24,554 nucleotides of DNA, from contig CAYZSS010000008.1 in the NCBI GenBank assembly GCA_964480435.1, positions 1 to 24,554 on the forward strand. Reading direction: 5' to 3'. Source of the DNA: an uncultured archaeon. GTDB lineage: Archaea; Iainarchaeota; Iainarchaeia; Iainarchaeales; 0-14-0-20-30-16. A program made the translations under genes and the position numbers. Shown here in pieces: positions 16,680 to 23,066 of the stretch (position 1 is the stretch's first letter; each line of letters starts with the position of its first letter). The notes below the pieces were generated by a model that saw only the letters and a program-made list of their open reading frames with translations, made no database searches and had not been told where the DNA came from.

Positions 16680-17465
16680 ATGGAGTTAGGAGATTATTTA
16701 TCAAAGGGATTTAGCACAGCTTTTAAACCAAAACCGTATTTATCAGCACTTTTTATTACTATTGTTGTTGGACTGATATTTGGAGTAGGAATTTTTGCTT
16801 TTGTAGCGAGCATGAGTGCAAAAATAATGGCTACATTAGGGCCACAACTAACTGCGGGGCAAATTTCAAACCCACTATTAGCATTAAATATATTTAATTC
16901 AATAGGAATTGGCACCTTAGTTGGCATGGGAATCTTTTTCTTAATTGTAATGATAATAGAACTAATGGGTTATGCATTTGTATTCAAAAAGATTCAAAAT
17001 AACGAAGAAAATAAAACAGAAAGCTTCTTTTCTGGATTTGATAGCGCAATTGTAAAAGGATTAAAACTATTTGTTTCTATGTTAATTTACACCATAATAA
17101 TTTGTATTACTTTTACAATTGTTTGGTTAATAACATTGATTCCTTACTTGGGCCCTGTATTAGGAATAATTTTAGGAATAATTTTATTGCTATATTATAC
17201 CTGCGGTCTATTTGTATTATATGGTTTTACTTTTACTAGCGGGATTAGTAAAGGAGTAACAATGGCGCTTGTTTTGCCTCTTAAAAAAATACACCTTATA
17301 GGGTACAGCCTTATTGCAATGTTAATACTTTGTGCAATAGGATTGGTTTTAGGAGTAATAATGATGATACCAATAATCGGCTGGATTGTCTATATTCTTG
17401 GTTTACCAATAATCTTAGTATTTTTTGTAAGCATGGCATACAACTTAGCTAAAGAAGAGATTTAA
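16680..17465 (+). CDS. Hypothetical polytopic membrane protein (about 6 TM helices)
   Basis: 261 aa, rich in Gly, Ile and Leu helices. Strong SD AGGAGG precedes the ATG. It is co-oriented with and 29 nt downstream of dfx. I recognised no catalytic motif. Confidence 0.6.
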   Translation: MELGDYLSKGFSTAFKPKPYLSALFITIVVGLIFGVGIFAFVASMSAKIMATLGPQLTAGQISNPLLALNIFNSIGIGTLVGMGIFFLIVMIIELMGYAFVFKKIQNNEENKTESFFSGFDSAIVKGLKLFVSMLIYTIIICITFTIVWLITLIPYLGPVLGIILGIILLLYYTCGLFVLYGFTFTSGISKGVTMALVLPLKKIHLIGYSLIAMLILCAIGLVLGVIMMIPIIGWIVYILGLPIILVFFVSMAYNLAKEEI

Positions 17466-17484
17466 TTCTCTTTTCTTTTTTTTT
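17466..17484 (+). terminator. Oligo-T tract after the rbr-dfx-membrane protein cluster
   Basis: TTCTCTTTTCTTTTTTTTT lies directly after the TAA and includes a T9 run at 17476-17484. Confidence 0.4.
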
Positions 17485-17486
17485 AT

Positions 17487-17861
17487 TTATACTAATTCAA
17501 GACTAATTTTATTTCCTTTAGAGTCATAAACCGAAACAGTTTGCAAATTAAATGGATAGGCCGCAATTATATGAACATCTCCATCTCCAAAAAAAGAGTT
17601 TAGATCTGCAGAACTAGGGATAGAATGCCCAGAAGGATGAGAATGTATTGTCCCCACAATTGAAAAATCCACTGGCTTATTATGCCTATAATAACTTACA
17701 GAATTTTCATTTTGAAACATTATGGGCACAACAACAAAGTGGTCTATTACTCCTTTTGTTTTTCCCAAATACGCAAAAAACTCACTTGGGTAAATTGTCT
17801 TACAACCATCAAGCAAGTCAAGCAAAAGATTTCTAGATATTTTGTCCATAATTGACCTCAT
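17487..17861 (-). CDS. Minimal JAB/MPN (JAMM) domain metalloprotease
   Basis: 124 aa. JAMM motif HSHPSGHSIPSSAD (17604-17645; HxHx7Sx2D), with an upstream Glu in YPSEFFAYL. The ATG lies 1 nt after the stop of the upstream ORF. Confidence 0.85.
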   Translation of the reverse strand: MRSIMDKISRNLLLDLLDGCKTIYPSEFFAYLGKTKGVIDHFVVVPIMFQNENSVSYYRHNKPVDFSIVGTIHSHPSGHSIPSSADLNSFFGDGDVHIIAAYPFNLQTVSVYDSKGNKISLELV

Positions 17862-17862
17862 T

Positions 17863-18399
17863 TTATTTTACCATAATTGGCATGGCATTTATTCTAATAC
17901 TAAGCGGGACGAGCTTCTCGTAAAATATAGCAAGAAATAAGTTGGTTTTTTTTATTCCAAGAATACTAACTAGTTCAGCATATAATTTACGCTCTATATT
18001 TAACACAGTATTTTTTCCTGGATTCTTTGTAATTTGAAAAGAACGTTCAACAGCCTCTAATCCTGTTTGTAATACAGATTGCACCCTATCTCTTATTTCC
18101 CTATCATATATTACACTAAGACCAATAGCACTTAAGGCATAATTTGCAGCAATTTTATTGGCGAGTTTAAATCTTTCTGGTCTTACTTCTTTTTCCATAT
18201 TCCGCATAGTTTTTATAAATTCTCCAAAAAAACCACCGCGCCTTATTGAAGCAAAAACCTTATCATTAGAATAAGCTGTTTTTCTCATTACCCCTGCTGC
18301 AATATTTTTTACAGTTTCTTCATTAGGCATTCTTCTTCCAATTCTTTTTGCACTTCTTCTGGCTCTCGCCCTTTCAATATAAAAACTAAACTTCTTCAT
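17863..18399 (-). CDS. Hypothetical basic alpha-helical protein, operon partner of the JAB protease
   Basis: ORF 17863..18477. I placed the start at ATG 18399 (MKKFSFYIERARARR) because the longer form overlaps the divergent glycosylase gene start. I recognised no motif. Confidence 0.5.
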   Translation of the reverse strand: MKKFSFYIERARARRSAKRIGRRMPNEETVKNIAAGVMRKTAYSNDKVFASIRRGGFFGEFIKTMRNMEKEVRPERFKLANKIAANYALSAIGLSVIYDREIRDRVQSVLQTGLEAVERSFQITKNPGKNTVLNIERKLYAELVSILGIKKTNLFLAIFYEKLVPLSIRINAMPIMVK

Positions 18400-18449
18400 A
18401 ACTAATAATAAACATACAAGTTTAAAAATTCTTTTTACTTTTTTTCTAT

Positions 18450-18869
18450 ATGGTAAGGGTAAATCTAATAAATCCAAAAAGTCTGAGCGACCAACACCTA
18501 GTTGCTGAATATGATGAAATCCTTATGTTAATTTCTTACATAAAAAAATTTCCCAACACTAAAGATATTCCACAAGAATATTGTTTAGGAAAGGGACATA
18601 TGAAGTTCTTTAAAGACAAAGTTTTGTACCTAAAAGCAAGGCATGAAGAAATTAAAAAAGAAATGAAAAAAAGAGAATTTAAGACAAACAAAACAATTTC
18701 TTTGGATGGGTTTAGAAAAGAAAACTTAACTAACTGGAAACCAAAAAAAGCAGATGTTGAAATAATTACAAAAAGACTATCTGAAAAGTTAAGAAAAAAG
18801 CCTAAATTTTATCGTTACTATAAAGAAAAAAAGAAATTAGATTTCTTTTTAACATTACTTAATCCTTAA
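18450..18869 (+). CDS. Pyrimidine-dimer DNA glycosylase/AP lyase, T4 endonuclease V (DenV) family
   Basis: 139 aa, collinear with T4 endonuclease V as I recall it. MVRVNL aligns with MTRINL, SDQHLVAEYDEI with ADQHLMAEYREL (catalytic Glu conserved), LGKGHMKFFKDKVLYLKARHEEI with [23 protein letters not shown], and FYRYY with WYKYY near the C-terminus. Confidence 0.85.
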   Translation: MVRVNLINPKSLSDQHLVAEYDEILMLISYIKKFPNTKDIPQEYCLGKGHMKFFKDKVLYLKARHEEIKKEMKKREFKTNKTISLDGFRKENLTNWKPKKADVEIITKRLSEKLRKKPKFYRYYKEKKKLDFFLTLLNP

Positions 18870-19347
18870 TTTTTTGTATCATTACTTTTTGTAACTCACC
18901 AAAACCATATTTTTTCCAAGCGTTATATCCTACTTTATTATTACTATCCACATACACAGTAACATACTTTACCCCATTTTCTTTAAACCAGGACATCAAT
19001 TTTTCAAGTAATTTTTTACCCACTCTTAAGCGTCTATATTCATCCAAAACAAAGCCATCATGGATTACACCACTTCTTTTTGAAATATAAATATAAGATG
19101 ACTCTTCTATTTCCCCAATATAGAAGCCAATTATTTTTCTATTATACTCCGCAACCAGAATTCTTACTTTTTTATTATAAACATTTTTTCGTAAATAGTT
19201 GAAAAAATTAGCTTCGGTATTTTTACCTGTTTTATATATTTTATTATTTCTAGACAAAAATTTGTATAACTCAGTGTGTAAAGATATCAATCCGCCCATA
19301 TCTTTTTTATTAGCAATTCTAATTTTTACTCGGTCCATTATAAACAT
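18859..19347 (-). CDS. GNAT-family N-acetyltransferase
   Basis: 162 aa with the typical GNAT layout: IRIANKKD..., VAEYNRKIIGFYIGE, the acetyl-CoA loop region LDEYRRLRVGKKLLEKL, and NAWKKYGF. Its 3' end overlaps the convergent glycosylase gene by 11 nt. Confidence 0.85.
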   Translation of the reverse strand: MFIMDRVKIRIANKKDMGGLISLHTELYKFLSRNNKIYKTGKNTEANFFNYLRKNVYNKKVRILVAEYNRKIIGFYIGEIEESSYIYISKRSGVIHDGFVLDEYRRLRVGKKLLEKLMSWFKENGVKYVTVYVDSNNKVGYNAWKKYGFGELQKVMIQKIKD

Positions 19348-19391
19348 AACAACCCATATCTTTTTATTTTGATTTTTTCATATTATTATTC

Positions 19392-20003
19392 ATGGTCTTT
19401 AAAAAAACTAAAAAAAAGGTTACAACCAGAAGAATTAGAAAAAGCCAAGATCTATCTTTGTTTGCCATACAAGAAGCACGAAGAATCCTAGAAGAAAGAA
19501 ATGAAGAATTTTTAAGAGAATTAAAGAAAACTCTACATGAAACACTTGTAACCTATGGCCCAAGAAAAGGATGGACACTAATAAGTCTAGGACCAAAAAA
19601 GCAAGGAAGATTTAATTTATATCACGGCCCTGAAATCGCTAAAGAAATTGGTTCAAAACACACAATCGGCGCTTTTACTTGTAAAAGGTTTGGAACATCT
19701 CTCTCAATCTCCGAGCTATATGTTGGGAATTTTTTAGGAACAAGCAATTTACGAGGCTTAGGAATTGCCAGACTTTTGATTGATATCTCAAAAGAAATCG
19801 CACAAAAAAGGGGACTAAAAGCAATTAGACTTACAGCAATACCTGGGGGCGTAGAACAAATGTACGCAAAAATGGGGTTTAAAACATTATATAGTTCCAA
19901 AGACGGATCTAAACATATGATTTATTTTGTTGATCCAGAACTAGAAAAACAATTTGACCCCCAAAATCCAATGAAAATATTTGACGAATTATTAAAAGCG
20001 TGA
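19392..20003 (+). CDS. GNAT-like acetyltransferase with a basic N-terminal extension
   Basis: 203 aa. The C-terminal half carries motif A LRGLGIARLLIDISKEIAQKRGLKAIRLTA and MYAKMGFK. The N-terminal ~60 aa are Lys/Arg-rich and helical. Stop is TGA. Confidence 0.65.
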   Translation: MVFKKTKKKVTTRRIRKSQDLSLFAIQEARRILEERNEEFLRELKKTLHETLVTYGPRKGWTLISLGPKKQGRFNLYHGPEIAKEIGSKHTIGAFTCKRFGTSLSISELYVGNFLGTSNLRGLGIARLLIDISKEIAQKRGLKAIRLTAIPGGVEQMYAKMGFKTLYSSKDGSKHMIYFVDPELEKQFDPQNPMKIFDELLKA

Positions 20004-20010
20004 TCACCAT

Positions 20011-20778
20011 ATGCACAAACTAAATTGCAATAAAAAATTTTATTCCAAATATAATTATCCAGACATCAAAGAGCTCAGAAGCAAGCATATACATTTAATA
20101 AAAAAAATACTTTCTTATGCAAATCTTTCAGTAAATAGTTTAAAAAATAAAGATGTTCTGGATGCCGGTTGCGGGACCGGAGACAAAGCAATCTTCTTTT
20201 CATTAAAAGGAGCAAATGTTACAGGCATAGATTTTGCGTTAGGACAACTACTTAAAGCAAAGGAAAAAGCAAACAAACAAAATACAAAAGTAAAATTAGT
20301 AAAAACCGATATTCTCAACCCATACTTAGACAAACTTGGGAAATTCGATTATATTTTTTGCCTAGGGGTTTTACACCATACACAAGACCCAAAAAAAGGA
20401 TTTAATAATCTTTGCAAACTCCTTAAAAAAGATGGAATTATTGTAATTGCCTTATACCACAGATATTCCTGAATAAGATATAGAATAATCCGAAGACTAA
20501 TTAGGATTTTTGTTTCAAAAGATCCTGAAAAAATTATGCAATTTTTATTCTCCAAAAATATCTTTGCTAATTTAATAAACAAAGGAAGTAAAGAAACTAT
20601 TTATGACATATATGCTGTGCCTCACGAATCTTACCATACTTTAAAAGAAGTAAAAAAATGGTTCAATAATAATGGAATAGTTGAAATAAAACATTCAAAA
20701 AATGTTAATGGATTTGAGCCATTAAAAATATTTGAAAAGAAAACTTTATTTTTTGTTTCAGGTGTAAAGCACAAATAG
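20011..20778 (+). pseudogene. Class I SAM-dependent methyltransferase interrupted by a single in-frame TGA (20470-20472)
   Basis: ORFs 20011..20472 and 20536..20778 are in the same frame. The only stop between them is the TGA: ...ALYHRYS-TGA-IRYRIIRRLIRIFVSKDPEKIMQF.... The SAM motif VLDAGCGTGDKAIFF and CLGVLHHT lie in the first part. The second part (VPHESYHTLKEVKKWF) looks like the normal C-terminal continuation of this family. Confidence 0.6.
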
Positions 20779-20818
20779 AATCATAGGAAAAGGTTAACCT
20801 GTTACTTTTATTAAGTTA

Positions 20819-20836
20819 TTTTTTTCCTAATTTTTT
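20819..20836 (+). terminator. Oligo-T tracts downstream of the methyltransferase gene
   Basis: A T7 run (20819-20825) and a T6 run (20831-20836) lie in the 68-nt convergent intergenic region. Confidence 0.3.
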
Positions 20837-20846
20837 CCCTACTTGT

Positions 20847-21503
20847 TTATTTCTTTCTGGAAGATGGTGCCAAGTTATATAAGGACGAAACCCATTCTTT
20901 TTTTACTGGATTTTTCTCGCCCTTAATAGAAGCCAAAACTTTTCCTGATTTACTTTTCTTTGATTTTTTTGGGCTTGATGTAATTTTTTTATTTGATTTT
21001 TTTGGTGCTTCCTTTTTTACCGTTTTATTTGATTTTTTTATTGCTTGTTTTTTTTCTACTTTTTCTTTTAAATTATCTTCTTCTTTTCCATAAGATCGCA
21101 TTACCACTTGTTTTTCATCTGCAGGGCTAAAGAATTTAAAATCTTTTGAGCTTCCAAAATGAGCCAATTTTACATCATAATTTTGGGCTTCCAAATAATC
21201 TTTTAATTTTAATAATACTCCAAAACCATATTCATAAGGATGTATTTTTGAAACAAAATGTACAAATGGCAAAAGCACCACTTTTTCTGTTTTAAAATAT
21301 AATGATAATTTTTTTAAGTCTTTTTCAAAATCACCAAAATAATTTACATCTTCACCATTCTCAATAGTAATCCAAGGGCACAGCACTTTTTTTTCTTTTA
21401 TTTTCTTTGGACTATTTATTTTATTATCAATACTAATTGTACTTCCATTAGGTTTTACATTACTTAATTCCAGTTTCTTACAATACCATATTAATGCCTT
21501 CAT
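20847..21503 (-). CDS. Free-standing ThrRS-editing-domain / DTD2-like protein fused to a lysine-rich C-terminal tail
   Basis: Residues 1-140 follow the pattern of the archaeal threonyl-tRNA synthetase editing domain as I recall it from Pyrococcus. MKALIWYCKKLELSNV aligns with MRVLLIHSDYIEYEV, VLCPWITIENGED with VLVAFISVEKVDE, and VVLLPFVHFVSKI...YDVKLAHFGSSKDFKFFS with VFVYPFAHLSSEL...FNVGKAPFGYYKAFKISC. Residues ~141-218 are low-complexity and rich in Lys and Ser (KKSNK repeats). Confidence 0.5.
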   Translation of the reverse strand: MKALIWYCKKLELSNVKPNGSTISIDNKINSPKKIKEKKVLCPWITIENGEDVNYFGDFEKDLKKLSLYFKTEKVVLLPFVHFVSKIHPYEYGFGVLLKLKDYLEAQNYDVKLAHFGSSKDFKFFSPADEKQVVMRSYGKEEDNLKEKVEKKQAIKKSNKTVKKEAPKKSNKKITSSPKKSKKSKSGKVLASIKGEKNPVKKEWVSSLYNLAPSSRKK

Positions 21504-21512
21504 AAAATCACC

Positions 21513-23045
21513 TTATTTTATTAAACTCTCAATCATTTCTTTTGGTTTTTTTATTTTTAAATAATCCAAAATTGTTGGAGCTATATTCCCCAATACACCT
21601 TTAGACTTTAATTTTATTTTTTTCTTATCTGCTGAAATAAAAATAAACGGTACTTTATTTAAAGTATGCGCTGTATAGGGTAACCCTTTCTCATCTATCA
21701 TTTTTTCTATATTCCCATGATCCGCAGTTATTATCCATGTCCAATTATCTAAATTAATATTATCATAGATTTGCTTTAAAGAGGAATCTATTGATTTTAC
21801 TGCTTTTAATGCGGCAGGAAGTTTTCCTGTGTGCCCAACCATATCACCATTTGCATAGTTTTGCACAATCAGATTATATTTGTTCTTTTTTAAAGAGTCC
21901 ACAACATAATTAGTAATTTCTTTTGCTGACATTTCCGGTTTCAAGTCATAGGTTCTTACTTTTGGCGAGGAAAATATCTTTCTTGTCTCTCCCTTAAATG
22001 GGTCATCTTTTTTTCCAGAAAAGAAATAAGTTACATGTGCATATTTTTCTGATTCTGCAATCCTTAACTGTGTTAAACCAAACTTAGAAAATACTTCCCC
22101 TAAAGTGTTTTTAGGAATTGGGGGGTTATACAAAAATCCTCCTTTATATTCAGGATAATAAGGAGTAAAAGAAACAAAATTTACTTTGATTTTTTTGAAA
22201 TCTTTTTTATGTTCTTTTGGTGTTTGTCCTAAAAAGGCTTTAGTTATTTGCCTTGCTCTATCCGCTCTAAAATCAAAAAATATTATTGTATCTGAATTTT
22301 TTATAATTCCTTTTTCATCAAGCACAAAAGGTTCAAAAAATTCATCAGTATTTTTTTTGCCATATTGATCCATTATTGCTGATCTCCAGGATTCTGTTTT
22401 TTTTCCTACCCCTTTTACATAAAGATCATATGCTTTCTTTGTTCTATTCCACCTTTTATCTCTATCTAAAGCATAAAATCTTCCAGACAAGGTTGCAATT
22501 TTTCCAACCCCTGTTTCTTTAATCTTTTTTTCTAGTTCTAAAAGATATTTTTTTGCAGATTTAGGGCTACAATCTCTACCATCTAAAATTGGATGTATAT
22601 ATACTCTAGAAAAATTATTTTTTTTGAAAAAATCTAGCAAAGCAAATAAATGACCTATATGAGAATGCACTCCACCCTTAGATAATAAACCAAGCAAATG
22701 TATACTTGATTTTTTTCCTGTAATTCTTATTGCTTTTTTTAGTGCTGGGTTTTTAAAAAAAGAACCATCCTTTATAAGTTCATCAAAAATAGCTAATTCT
22801 TGTTCAACAATTCTTCCTGCTCCCATATTAAGGTGCCCTACTTTTGAGCTCCCAACATAACCAGGTAGTAAGCCCACATCTTTTCCTGATGCAGACAATT
22901 CTGTATTAGGATATTTTTTCAATAAAGAGTTATAAAATGCAGGTTTTACCAGTTTTATTGCATTTCCTGTTTTTTTTGGGTTATCTTTACCTATTCCCCA
23001 GCCATCAACAATAGTAAGCAAAATATTTTTTTCTATTTTTTCCAT
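21513..23045 (-). CDS. gpmI: 2,3-bisphosphoglycerate-independent phosphoglycerate mutase, bacterial GpmI type
   Basis: 510 aa. Motifs are LTIVDGWG, SGKDVGLLPGYVGSSKVGHLNMGAGRIV (catalytic Ser region), GGVHSH, ILDGRDC, ADHGN and YANGDMVGHTG. Stop is TAA. Confidence 0.92.
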   Translation of the reverse strand: MEKIEKNILLTIVDGWGIGKDNPKKTGNAIKLVKPAFYNSLLKKYPNTELSASGKDVGLLPGYVGSSKVGHLNMGAGRIVEQELAIFDELIKDGSFFKNPALKKAIRITGKKSSIHLLGLLSKGGVHSHIGHLFALLDFFKKNNFSRVYIHPILDGRDCSPKSAKKYLLELEKKIKETGVGKIATLSGRFYALDRDKRWNRTKKAYDLYVKGVGKKTESWRSAIMDQYGKKNTDEFFEPFVLDEKGIIKNSDTIIFFDFRADRARQITKAFLGQTPKEHKKDFKKIKVNFVSFTPYYPEYKGGFLYNPPIPKNTLGEVFSKFGLTQLRIAESEKYAHVTYFFSGKKDDPFKGETRKIFSSPKVRTYDLKPEMSAKEITNYVVDSLKKNKYNLIVQNYANGDMVGHTGKLPAALKAVKSIDSSLKQIYDNINLDNWTWIITADHGNIEKMIDEKGLPYTAHTLNKVPFIFISADKKKIKLKSKGVLGNIAPTILDYLKIKKPKEMIESLIK

Positions 23046-23066
23046 GATAAGAAAAGGAGCTAATTA

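Noticed and set aside
18400-18477. Longer form of the 204-aa ORF upstream of the JAB gene
   Set aside because: The first 26 codons overlap the start of the divergent glycosylase gene and would leave no promoter space. ATG 18399 gives a sensible basic N-terminus.
20470-20472. Genome-wide TGA reassignment (to Trp or Gly) or selenocysteine at the in-frame TGA
   Set aside because: All other long ORFs in 24.5 kb are free of internal TGA. Trp is encoded by TGG where I checked. Three genes appear to terminate at TGA. The position does not align with a Cys or redox site, and methyltransferases of this type are not known selenoproteins. I recognised no SECIS-like hairpin in the 3' region.
20791-20800. 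Perfect 10-bp palindrome AGGTTAACCT in the convergent intergenic region
   Set aside because: It is too short and isolated to support a binding-site or terminator call. It cannot form a hairpin with a loop.
20900-21080. Nucleotide repeats such as TTATTTGATTTTTTT (two copies) that look like a tandem DNA repeat
   Set aside because: They are the reverse strand of the KKSNK-type lysine-rich coding tail of ORF 20847-21503. This is coding low complexity rather than an independent repeat element.
2898-22368. Antisense 'shadow' ORFs listed in the track: 2898-3134, 5064-5360, 8161-8484, 8659-8850, 9179-9433, 9943-10248, 10172-10462, 12567-12869, 13069-13269, 13684-13914, 14648-14830, 15315-15503, 15765-16187, 16694-16927, 17648-17836, 19622-19900, 20115-20333, 20349-20582, 22186-22368
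   Set aside because: Each lies entirely within, and opposite to or out of frame with, a longer ORF that has clear family motifs. Their translations are low-complexity and rich in Ser, Phe, Leu and Ile, as expected for the reverse strand of Lys/Glu/Asn-rich genes. Most start with non-ATG codons.
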